DNA from: Verrucomicrobiota bacterium
Lineage (GTDB): Bacteria; Verrucomicrobiota; Kiritimatiellia; CAIQIC01; JAGNIJ01
NCBI GenBank assembly: GCA_036821485.1
Contig: DAISJM010000005.1
Location: 16,815-80,814 of the forward strand
Length of the DNA: 64,000 bases
Direction of reading: 5' to 3'
A model generated the notes under the pieces. The model saw only the letters and a program-made list of their open reading frames with translations, ran no database searches and was not told the origin of the DNA. The position numbers were made by a program, and so were the translations under genes. Positions 46,227-54,283 of this stretch are shown here, piece by piece (position 1 is the stretch's first letter; the number at the start of each line of letters is the position of its first letter).

Positions 46227-46308
46227 GTTTTTCCAAGCATTGGAAAAAGTGTCGCCATTTTTTCCAACCCTTGGAAATTTTGCCCCCGGTTTTTCCAAGG
46301 ATTGGAAA
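46227..46308. promoter_or_regulatory. Three phased copies of palindrome TTTTTCCAA-N3-TTGGAAAAA (candidate operator array B) immediately upstream of the thioesterase gene
   Basis: TTTTTCCAAGCATTGGAAAAA (46227-46247), TTTTTTCCAACCCTTGGAAATTTT (46257-46280) and TTTTTCCAAGGATTGGAAAA (46289-46308). Centres are 31 bp apart. The array ends 21 bp before the ATG at 46330. Confidence 0.65.
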
Positions 46309-46329
46309 AGTTGTTGAGAGGTCCCGATC

Positions 46330-46833
46330 ATGACACACGCAACGCGAAAACTTACCGGTAAACTTCCCTGGACCCGCTCCTGCTTCGTCTGCGGCGAGAG
46401 CAATCCGCACGGCCTCCACTCCCGGTCGCGTATTGAGGACGGCCGCGTGATGCTGGATTACACGACCCGCGAGTCGGACCGCGGCTATCGCCACATCATG
46501 CACGGCGGCATCGCCGTGACGTTGCTGGACGAGGTGATGACCTGGGCCGCGATCTCCGCCACGGGCCGCGTCTGTGTCGCCGCGGAGCTCGGCGCCCGCC
46601 TCAAGCAGCCGATCCGCGTACCGGAACAACTTCGCGTCGAAGGGTGGACGACCCGGGTAACGTCCAGATTGATCATGACGGAAGGCCGCATCATCGGCCC
46701 CGACGGTGCGGAACGCCTTACGGCCACGGGCAAATATGTGCCGATGCCGGAGGATCAGTTGGAGCTGACCGAGAAGGACTTCGTGCTTTCGGGCGACACG
46801 ATTCCGCCCAAAGAAATCATGGGCGGGCACTGA
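46330..46833 (+). CDS. PaaI/YbgC-type hotdog-fold acyl-CoA thioesterase
   Basis: 167 aa. Sequence ...SCFVCGESNPHGLH...HIMHGGIAVTLLDEVMTWA... typical of the PaaI thioesterase family. Confidence 0.7.
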   Translation: MTHATRKLTGKLPWTRSCFVCGESNPHGLHSRSRIEDGRVMLDYTTRESDRGYRHIMHGGIAVTLLDEVMTWAAISATGRVCVAAELGARLKQPIRVPEQLRVEGWTTRVTSRLIMTEGRIIGPDGAERLTATGKYVPMPEDQLELTEKDFVLSGDTIPPKEIMGGH

Positions 46834-46904
46834 CGTTTTGGTAGGGCGAGGCGTCCCTGCCGAGCCGGAAAGCGAAACGGATCACCGCGGAGGGTTCGCC
46901 CTAC

Positions 46905-47741
46905 CTACTTCTTCTTTATCGGTGGCGGTTGGCGGCCGAGTTTGGCAAGGACGGCTTTCATGTCTTCCCAGACGAACTTCTTGCCCGCCGAATTTCTCAA
47001 CAGGTAGGCCGGGTGATAGGTCGGCATTACGTCGATGCCCTGATGGGTCATCCACTGGCCGCGCAGCCGCGTGATGCCCGTCTCGACGTTCAGCAGGCCG
47101 CGTACTGCGGTTGCCCCGAGCGCGACAATAACCTTCGGCTGAAGCAGCGCAATCTGTTCCGTGAGATAGGGCATGCACGCCTGCATTTCATCCGGCGTGG
47201 GCGTCCGGTTTTCCGGCGGGCGGCATTTCACGATGTTGCCGATGAAGACCTGCTCGCGCGTGAGGCCCATGGCTTCGATGATTTTCGTCAGGAGCTGGCC
47301 TGCGCGGCCGACAAAGGCCAGGCCCTGCGCATCTTCATCTGCTCCCGGGCCTTCGCCGATGAACATGATCTCGGGCGTGGGTGTGCCCTGGCCCGGCACG
47401 GTGTTCGTCCGGGTCTTGTGCAGGCGGCATTTCTCGCACGCGGCGACGCGGCCGGCGATCTTCTTCAGACCGGCGGTGACATCGCTCGCGGGCAGCCGGG
47501 GGGTGTCCTCTGCGGGTGCAGGAGCGGGCGCGGAAGCGGGTTGAGCAAAGAGCGATTCCTGTGGCTGCGCCTGCGAGCGCGGCGGAACCATGCCCAGCTC
47601 CTTGAGGTTCGTGGCGGACACCTCGACCTGTGTCACGCCTTCGTCCTTGAGGTGTTGAAGGTAGTCACCGAGTTGACCGATCACGCGGCCAAGTTGTTCG
47701 CGCGGTGTATTGCTGGAGGCTTCAGTCGTCATCACGGCCAT
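46905..47741 (-). CDS. Uracil-DNA glycosylase family 4 (UdgA-type, 4Fe-4S) with N-terminal extension
   Basis: The C-terminal 190 aa carry [51 protein letters not shown]...HPAYLLRN, the family-4 UDG signature. The N-terminal ~90 aa are Pro/Ala-rich. Confidence 0.85.
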   Translation of the reverse strand: MAVMTTEASSNTPREQLGRVIGQLGDYLQHLKDEGVTQVEVSATNLKELGMVPPRSQAQPQESLFAQPASAPAPAPAEDTPRLPASDVTAGLKKIAGRVAACEKCRLHKTRTNTVPGQGTPTPEIMFIGEGPGADEDAQGLAFVGRAGQLLTKIIEAMGLTREQVFIGNIVKCRPPENRTPTPDEMQACMPYLTEQIALLQPKVIVALGATAVRGLLNVETGITRLRGQWMTHQGIDVMPTYHPAYLLRNSAGKKFVWEDMKAVLAKLGRQPPPIKKK

Positions 47742-48675
47742 TTTGCATGGATGTCTTCAGTGCGGCCAGCAGGTTTTTCATATCGTCCGGCATTGGCGAG
47801 ACGAATTCCAGGTCTTTGCCGGTACGCGGGTGCTGGAACGCGAGGCGTTCGGCGTGGAGCATCTGGCGCTCGGCGGGGGCCGGAAGTTTGGTTTGGCGCG
47901 CGCGGCCGTACTGGCGATCGCCGACGACGGGGTGGCCGATGTGGGCGAGATGGACGCGAATCTGATGGGTACGTCCCGTCTCGATGCGCACGCGAAGAAA
48001 GGAAACATCGGCAAATGTGGCGACAGTTTCGTAGTTGGTCACCGCCGGTTTGCCAGAGTGCGGGCTGGCGCTCATTTTTTTGCGGTTGTGAGGGTTGCGG
48101 CCGACGAGCGTTTCAATCCGGCCCGTGGGTGGGCGCGGCCGGCCCCAGACGAGAGCGACGTATTCCTTCCGCACGCTGCGGCCTTTGAACTGTGCGGCGA
48201 GATTCATCATCGCCTGTTCATTCTTCGCGACGACGAGCGTGCCGCTCGTATCAAGGTCGAGCCGGTGAACGATGCCGGGCCGAAGTTCGCCGCCGATGCC
48301 CTTCAGGTCGGTGCAGTGGTGGAGCAGGGCGTTGACGAGAGTGCCCGAGTCGTGGCCGGGCGCGGGATGCACGACGAGGCCGGGCGGTTTGTTGATGACG
48401 ATGAGGTCGGCGTCCTCGTAGAGGATGTTCAGCGGGATGGCTTCGGGCGCGACTTCCACGGAGACGGGCGGGGGGATGTGGATGTCGATGACGTCACCCT
48501 CGCGGATTTCCTGGCTGGGTTTGCGGACCTGCGCGTTGACGGTGACGAGGCCGGCCTTGATCAGTTCCTGCCAGCGGGCGCGGGAATGTTCGGGAAACTG
48601 GCTGCTGAGCCATGCGTCCAGACGCGAGGGCGGACCCGGCATGCGGAGGGATTGGTGGGTACCGCCTGATTCCAT
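47722..48675 (-). CDS. rluD: 23S rRNA pseudouridine synthase, RluD/RluA family
   Basis: S4-like N-terminus (RLDAWLSSQFPEHSRARWQELIKAGLVTVNA) and catalytic HRLDLDTSG motif. It overlaps the downstream UDG gene by 20 bp. Start may be at 48642. Confidence 0.85.
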   Translation of the reverse strand: MESGGTHQSLRMPGPPSRLDAWLSSQFPEHSRARWQELIKAGLVTVNAQVRKPSQEIREGDVIDIHIPPPVSVEVAPEAIPLNILYEDADLIVINKPPGLVVHPAPGHDSGTLVNALLHHCTDLKGIGGELRPGIVHRLDLDTSGTLVVAKNEQAMMNLAAQFKGRSVRKEYVALVWGRPRPPTGRIETLVGRNPHNRKKMSASPHSGKPAVTNYETVATFADVSFLRVRIETGRTHQIRVHLAHIGHPVVGDRQYGRARQTKLPAPAERQMLHAERLAFQHPRTGKDLEFVSPMPDDMKNLLAALKTSMQNGRDDD

Positions 48676-48690
48676 CGGGTTGTTGCTCCG

Positions 48691-49431
48691 TTACGGGTTG
48701 GGTGCTTTTCTCCGTCGCAGCACAAGCCAGAGGATCACGCCAGTGATGAAAAGCACGACGCTGACTTCCTGTGCGATATCGAGGCCGGACCAGCGCATGC
48801 GCTGATCGCCGCGAAGATACTCGAGCAGGAATCGGCCGACGGGATACGTCATGAGATAGGTGGCGAGCACCATGCCGTTGGTCTTGCGGCGACGGTAGAT
48901 GCGGAGCAGGAGCAGGTAGACGCCGATGTTGAGGGCGGCCTCGATCAGTTGCACGGGGTAGCGGTAGTCATCGGCGTTGAAGATGGCCCACCGGCAAGTG
49001 GTGGCGAGGCCGTAGCAGCAGCCGTTCATGAAGCAGCCGAGTCGACCGAGCGCATGGCCGAGGGGCAGGGCGCTGACGGCGAGGTCGGCGATGGAGAGGA
49101 GGGGGAGCTTGCGCAGGCGGGCGAAAAGGATGATGCCCAGCGCGGCGCCGATGAATCCGCCGTAATAGATCAGGCCGCCGCGGTCGATACGGAGGATTTC
49201 CAGCGGGGCATCGCGGAAATAGTCGAGATTGGCCAGAATATAGGCCACGCGGGCGCCGAGAATGCCGGACAGCATGACCCAGAAGCCCAGTTCGGAACCA
49301 AAGCCCTCAGGGCGTTTCTCTCGGCGGGCGATGAAGGTCCAGTGCGTGACGGCGGCGAGAAAGCCGAGGGCCACGAAAACGCCGTACCAATAAATGGGTC
49401 GGCTGCCGATGTAGAAACATACGGGGTCCAT
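48691..49431 (-). CDS. lgt: Prolipoprotein diacylglyceryl transferase Lgt
   Basis: 246 aa, 7 TMs. Lgt signature GHALGRLGCFMNGCCYG and conserved Y/R positions. Confidence 0.85.
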   Translation of the reverse strand: MDPVCFYIGSRPIYWYGVFVALGFLAAVTHWTFIARREKRPEGFGSELGFWVMLSGILGARVAYILANLDYFRDAPLEILRIDRGGLIYYGGFIGAALGIILFARLRKLPLLSIADLAVSALPLGHALGRLGCFMNGCCYGLATTCRWAIFNADDYRYPVQLIEAALNIGVYLLLLRIYRRRKTNGMVLATYLMTYPVGRFLLEYLRGDQRMRWSGLDIAQEVSVVLFITGVILWLVLRRRKAPNP

Positions 49432-49561
49432 GGGGGGGACTTATACCAGACAGGGGTGGGGATGGACAACCGCGCGGGTGATGGATTGCTGTGCGCCGTG
49501 ATTCGGCGTTGAACAATGGCTTCTGCGTTGCTACGCTCTCGGTGGTTATAAGGGGATTACC

Positions 49562-52036
49562 GTGGCAGAGCACGAGGCCATCGACGTCATAGCCGATCAG
49601 GTAGAGAAAATCGCCTGTCGCAAGTGCGGTCGTCACCTCGACGTCTCCAAGCTGCCGATGTTCTCCAAGGTCGAGTGTCCCGACTGCAAAACCCAGCAAA
49701 CCGTTCCCGCGCGTCTCGGCCAATTTCTGCTTCTTGAAGTGCTCGGCGCGGGCGGCATGGGCGCTGTGTACCAGGCACTCGATCAATCGCTGGGCCGCTA
49801 TGTGGCCATCAAGGTGATGCGGCGCGCGATGGGCGAGGATCCGGCGTTCGTCGAGAATTTCATGCGCGAAGCGCGCGCAGCGGCGGCATTGAATCATCGC
49901 AACGTGGTGCAGATCTATTCCTGCGGGCAGGAAAAGGGTCAGCCGTACATCGTGATGGAACTCGTTTCCGGTGGCCGGCTTGACGAGATGATTGCCCAGG
50001 GCAATCCGATCGAGGAAGTGCGCGCCCTGGAAATCGGCATCGATGTGACGGAAGGTCTGAAGGCGGCCAATGACGTGGGGCTGATCCACGGCGACGTGAA
50101 GCCGGCCAACATTCTTTTCGACAAGAACGGCATTGCGAAGGTGGCAGACTTTGGCCTGGCGCGGTTCGTCGCATGGCAGCAGGACCGCGGGGAGGTATGG
50201 GGCACGCCGTATTACATCGCGCCGGAAAAGGCGCGCGGCCAGAAGGTCGATCATCGGTCCGATATCTACAGCCTCGGGGCGACGCTGTATCACGCTCTCG
50301 GCGCGAAGCCGCCGTTTGACGGCAAGACCGCGACGGATGTGGTGCTGGCGCGTTTGAAGAATCCGGCCATCGGTCTCCGCGTGATTCGTCCCTCGCTTCA
50401 GCCGGAGACGGCCGATGTGATCGCGCGCACGTTGGAATCAGATCCCTTCATGCGCTATCCGACGTACTCATCACTGCTGGCGGATCTTCGCGAAGCGCTT
50501 CGCGTGGCGAAGCAGGAGCAGCGCTCTGTCCACACGAAGGTGAAGAAATCGCCGACGGGTCCAGTGGTGGCCATCGTGCTGATGCTGCTGGCGGCACTGG
50601 CGATTGTCATCGGCAGTCTGCAGTGGACCAGCGGGCGGAAGGAAAAGGCGAAGGAAAAGGCTGGCGAGACGGTTGCGCCCGCCGTGACCAACGCACAGGA
50701 AGCAGCCCAGGTGACCACGGGCGAGCAGGAAAACGTGCAGGCCCAGGCCCAGAAGGTGGCGGCCATTGTTCAGCCCTTCACGCCGGCGCATGAGCAGGCG
50801 CTCAACGAAGCCGTGGCGCAGTTGGTCCGCGGAAATCCCACGGCGATGCGCGATCAATTGCAGGATTTGTACGACAAATCGTCAGCGATCGGTATGGGGC
50901 GGTTCTGGATCCGTCTTTTCCAGGCGGTGGCGTGCTGGGCGGGGCAGCGCGATCAGGATGCCGTGATCTATCTTCAGGAGGTGCGCAACGCGTTGTTCGA
51001 GTCGCCGGATCCGTCGCGGCCGCATCCCGGCAACATGCCGCAGACGCTGGCCAAGCTGATGCTCAAGCAGGTGGATGAGGGGGCCGTATCCTTCGAGGCG
51101 GCGCGCCGACCGCCTTGGTATGGGGATTTCGCCGAGTTCTACCTTGGGCTGGATTTCCTGCGCGAGGGCAACGTGAAACGGGCCAAGGATTTCTTCAGCT
51201 CCTATCTCTCCAAGCAGGGCAAGGATCCGACATGGCCCTACAGCTTCCAGCCCATTGCAAAAATGTGTGTGGAACAGATTGATGAGTTCGCACAGGTCCA
51301 GGACAAGGCAGCCCAACTCATTGCCAACAAGCAGGCCGCGAAGGCCCGCGCGTTGCTCGAGGAGTTCCGGTTCAAATCGAGCGCGCTGATGTTCCCCTTG
51401 GCGGAATTGGCGCTTACGCGCGTCAAGGCCGCCGAGTCGAAGGAATTGGAAGAGCAGCGCCGGGCGGATCGGATTGCCCACCGCGAATTGGTGCAGGTGG
51501 ACTTGGATCGCATCGAGGAGGTTCGCACCGCAAACCTCCCGTTTGTGGCGCAGAAAGATTTCCGGAAAGCCAGCGCGGCGCTGTCCAAGGTGTTGTCTGA
51601 ACTGAAGACCAGCGAGGGTCAGCAGACCTACATGGGCCTTCGGGAGATGTACGACCGGATGGATGGATTGAAGCGTTTTCTGATCACGCGGATTTCAGCG
51701 TCTCCCTATCGCGGCGGGGCAAGGACGGAGTTGGGTGGTGACGCCGTCGGCGCCGACTTAAATGGCATTCGCGTGGCGCTGGGCTCGCATGGCGAGATGG
51801 TTCTGCCGTGGCCGGAAATCAGCCCCCGCTTGCTGGCGCAACTGTTCGGTTATTATGTCACCGACACGTCGTTGTCGGATGCGGACCGGGCAGACGAGAA
51901 TCTCTCCATGGCCGTCTTCTGCTACGAGACGACGGCCTTCCGTGCGGCCGCCCAGTACGCGGAACAGGCGGTCAAGCTGGACCCTGCCATCAAGGTCAAA
52001 GTTCGCCGGCTGATGCCGAGCCTCCTGCCGGACTGA
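49562..52036 (+). CDS. Membrane-anchored Hanks-type Ser/Thr protein kinase with N-terminal zinc ribbon and large extracytoplasmic C-terminal domain
   Basis: Zinc ribbon CRKCGRHLDV...CPDCKTQ. Kinase motifs GAGGMGAVY, AIKVM, HGDVKPANILF, DFG and APE. TM VVAIVLMLLAALAIVIGSL. The ~460-aa C-terminal domain is helical/TPR-like. Confidence 0.85.
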   Translation: MAEHEAIDVIADQVEKIACRKCGRHLDVSKLPMFSKVECPDCKTQQTVPARLGQFLLLEVLGAGGMGAVYQALDQSLGRYVAIKVMRRAMGEDPAFVENFMREARAAAALNHRNVVQIYSCGQEKGQPYIVMELVSGGRLDEMIAQGNPIEEVRALEIGIDVTEGLKAANDVGLIHGDVKPANILFDKNGIAKVADFGLARFVAWQQDRGEVWGTPYYIAPEKARGQKVDHRSDIYSLGATLYHALGAKPPFDGKTATDVVLARLKNPAIGLRVIRPSLQPETADVIARTLESDPFMRYPTYSSLLADLREALRVAKQEQRSVHTKVKKSPTGPVVAIVLMLLAALAIVIGSLQWTSGRKEKAKEKAGETVAPAVTNAQEAAQVTTGEQENVQAQAQKVAAIVQPFTPAHEQALNEAVAQLVRGNPTAMRDQLQDLYDKSSAIGMGRFWIRLFQAVACWAGQRDQDAVIYLQEVRNALFESPDPSRPHPGNMPQTLAKLMLKQVDEGAVSFEAARRPPWYGDFAEFYLGLDFLREGNVKRAKDFFSSYLSKQGKDPTWPYSFQPIAKMCVEQIDEFAQVQDKAAQLIANKQAAKARALLEEFRFKSSALMFPLAELALTRVKAAESKELEEQRRADRIAHRELVQVDLDRIEEVRTANLPFVAQKDFRKASAALSKVLSELKTSEGQQTYMGLREMYDRMDGLKRFLITRISASPYRGGARTELGGDAVGADLNGIRVALGSHGEMVLPWPEISPRLLAQLFGYYVTDTSLSDADRADENLSMAVFCYETTAFRAAAQYAEQAVKLDPAIKVKVRRLMPSLLPD

Positions 52037-52049
52037 AGCCCCTCTTTCC

Positions 52050-52778
52050 CTACGCCTTCCGACCGGGATAGCCCTTCGGCACGTTGATCTGTTCCACGGG
52101 CAGCTTGCGCAGGCACATGAACCAGTCGAGACACTCGTAGTCCTTGCCCGCGTTGTCGACACGATCCTTGGCGGTGCCGCAGGAGCCGGGCGGAGGGATG
52201 ATGACCGGGTCACCGGGTTCCCAGTCGGCCGGCGTGGCGCATTGCTGCGCATCCGAGGTCTGCATGGCAATGAGCAGCCGGAGCACTTCGTGGAAATTAC
52301 GACCATTGGACAGCGGGTAGTAGACGAGCGCCCGAATCTTGCTCTTCGGATCGATGAAGAAGACGGCGCGCACGGCCTTGGTATCGGCTGCCGCGGGTTG
52401 GAGCATGCCGTATGCGCGGGCGACGTCCATCTTGAGATCCGCGATGACGGGGAAGGTCACCTCCATGTTCGACATGCCCTTGTACGTGATCTTCTCCTTG
52501 ATCGTGCGGAGCCAGGCGATATGGCTGTAGGTACTGTCGATGGAGAGACCGACAAGTTTGCAGTTCAGCGCCTCGAACTCCGGCATGAGCTTGGCGAATG
52601 TCATGAACTCTGTCGTACAGACAGGCGTGAAGTCCGCCGGGTGGCTGAAGAGAATCACCCACTTGCCTTTGTAATCGGCAGGAAAGTTGATGATGCCCTG
52701 CGTGGTTTCCGCAGTGAACGACGGGGCGTCCTCGCCGATCAGGGGAATGCGCGTTGATGGTGTTTGTACCGTATCCAT
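52050..52778 (-). CDS. Peroxiredoxin (1-Cys Prx / Prx6-like subfamily) with C-terminal extension
   Basis: Peroxidatic-Cys motif FTPVCTTE within a thioredoxin fold, plus a ~40-aa Cys-containing C-terminal extension. Confidence 0.85.
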   Translation of the reverse strand: MDTVQTPSTRIPLIGEDAPSFTAETTQGIINFPADYKGKWVILFSHPADFTPVCTTEFMTFAKLMPEFEALNCKLVGLSIDSTYSHIAWLRTIKEKITYKGMSNMEVTFPVIADLKMDVARAYGMLQPAAADTKAVRAVFFIDPKSKIRALVYYPLSNGRNFHEVLRLLIAMQTSDAQQCATPADWEPGDPVIIPPPGSCGTAKDRVDNAGKDYECLDWFMCLRKLPVEQINVPKGYPGRKA

Positions 52779-52869
52779 TTTATCTCCTCCTTGTGGCGGC
52801 AGCCGAACGCCGCCATGCGTTCAATAGACACCATCCCCGGTGTTTTGCAAGGGGGCGACGGAAGGAAAT

Positions 52870-53607
52870 CTAGCGGGCAGGATTGGAGCTGATGACGCGT
52901 TCGTCGTACGTGGCAAACACGCCCTGGCCGGGTTGGACCACGAGAAACTCGGAATCGCTCCAGGGTCCGTCGATGAGCCGTTGGATGAGCCCCATATCGC
53001 CACGGATCTTCTGGAACGGCCAGTGGTGCTCGTCGGCCTCCTGGGTGGCCATGCGCTCAAAGCGATCGTCAGGCTCCGCGCCGGTTTCGATGTAGACCAG
53101 GCTGGAGCAGCGATGCGCGGCCGGCCCGAGCAGGTCAAGAATCTGCCGGGCGTTGTCTGCGCCGTAACGCGCTGCGAGTTCTTCATAACGGCGGTCGAAA
53201 CCGAGTCTCATGGCGGCGGTTTCTTTCCCCGCGGCCGGCCGGTGCTCGAGCCAGCCACTCGTCCGGTAGATGGCGCCACGGTGCGCGTCGTAGAAATCCT
53301 GGCAGCCAGCGGCGTTGCCGAAGAAGATCGAGATGCAGTCGTGTGCGCGGGGAACGACCAGCGGTATTTCACGCGCCTGAAGTCCGGCGACGCTGTTACC
53401 GCACAGGCCGTAGCCGAGCACGACGCTGTCATGCCTGGATGCATCCGCCCCATCGATGATGTTCTGAATCTTGCCGCGCAGGACCGAACGTTCCTCGTCG
53501 TGGAGGCTCATGGGCAGAAACTCGAGATCGATTTGGTTGTGCGAGCGGGCTGCGGCGGCCTGCATCTCGCGGGTCAGGACTTCGCAACTGATGACCTTAA
53601 GCCTCAT
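52870..53607 (-). CDS. DUF1638-like protein (family usually adjacent to MtaC-type corrinoid proteins)
   Basis: 245 aa. Assignment is by overall similarity to DUF1638 and by its position immediately downstream of a B12-binding protein. No catalytic motif known. Confidence 0.5.
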   Translation of the reverse strand: MRLKVISCEVLTREMQAAAARSHNQIDLEFLPMSLHDEERSVLRGKIQNIIDGADASRHDSVVLGYGLCGNSVAGLQAREIPLVVPRAHDCISIFFGNAAGCQDFYDAHRGAIYRTSGWLEHRPAAGKETAAMRLGFDRRYEELAARYGADNARQILDLLGPAAHRCSSLVYIETGAEPDDRFERMATQEADEHHWPFQKIRGDMGLIQRLIDGPWSDSEFLVVQPGQGVFATYDERVISSNPAR

Positions 53608-53616
53608 GGGGGTTCC

Positions 53617-54252
53617 TCATGCCTTATCGTTCACGGACGGCATCAGTGTGTCAAGCAGGCGCACCGCCTCGAATGCGTCGGCGCCGTAGGTTGCACCGGA
53701 GCTGCGCGCAAAATCGGCCGTGACGGCCGCTCCGCCGACGAGGACGATAAGTTCGGGGCGGCCGGCGAAGTGGTACACCAGCTCGCGCAGGTTCTTCATC
53801 CCATTGGTCATCAACGCGCTGCACAGTACGGCCCGGCAGCCGCCGCGGACGGCCTCTTCATATTGCTCGATGGTGCAATCGTCGCCGAGGTCCTGCACGT
53901 CGTAACCCGCGGCGCGGAGCACGAGGGCGACGATGTTCTTGCCGATGGTGTGATGCTCGCCGCGGACGGTGCCGATGCACACGCGGGGCCTGGAGCGGCT
54001 GTGAGGGGTGGTCATCGAGGGTTCGAGAATCGCCAGTCCGGCCTGCATGGCCCGCGCGCCGACAAGCAGGTCGGGCACACCGAGTTCTTTCCGGGAAAAC
54101 CGGGAGCCCAGTTCATACATGGCAGGAATCATGGTCTCGTTCAGCAGAAGCTTGGGGTCGGCGCCGGTCGCCAGGGCGTCGTGCGCGGCGGCCTCCGTGG
54201 CGCTGCGGTCTCCAACAAGTATGGCCTCGTACAGCTTGTCCTGTCTTGGCAT
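53617..54252 (-). CDS. Corrinoid (cobalamin)-binding protein, MtaC/MtbC-like (B12-binding_2 helical cap + Rossmann B12-binding domain)
   Basis: Helical cap (LYEAILVGD...LLVGARAMQAGLAIL) then RVCIGTVRGEHHTIGKNIVALVLRAAGYDV (an ExHxxG variant of DxHxxG), ...LCSALMT..., ...LIVLVGGAAVT. Start M at 54252 (ORF extends to 54339). Confidence 0.7.
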   Translation of the reverse strand: MPRQDKLYEAILVGDRSATEAAAHDALATGADPKLLLNETMIPAMYELGSRFSRKELGVPDLLVGARAMQAGLAILEPSMTTPHSRSRPRVCIGTVRGEHHTIGKNIVALVLRAAGYDVQDLGDDCTIEQYEEAVRGGCRAVLCSALMTNGMKNLRELVYHFAGRPELIVLVGGAAVTADFARSSGATYGADAFEAVRLLDTLMPSVNDKA

Positions 54253-54283
54253 GCCAACTCCCCCTTGCTTGTCGCCGGGCCCG

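Noticed and set aside
46309-46330. Sigma-54 (-24/-12 TGGCAC-N5-TTGC) promoter downstream of the palindrome arrays, which would link them to the local NtrC-like activator
   Set aside because: No GG-N10-GC element with correct spacing between the arrays and the downstream start codons. The only 21 bp available at array B contain none. A TGGAAC..TGCGG element near 16830 has the wrong spacing.
45468-46830. Minus-strand ORFs 45468..46403 and 46162..46830 spanning palindrome array B
   Set aside because: They read through the palindromes and overlap the thioesterase and the upstream hypothetical gene in antisense. Peptide segments such as FFQ.LEK/FPRVGK recur only because the palindrome is translated; this is not a protein repeat.
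46929-48669. + strand ORFs 46929..48188 and 47710..48669 over UDG/rluD
   Set aside because: Antisense shadows of two well-supported minus-strand genes.
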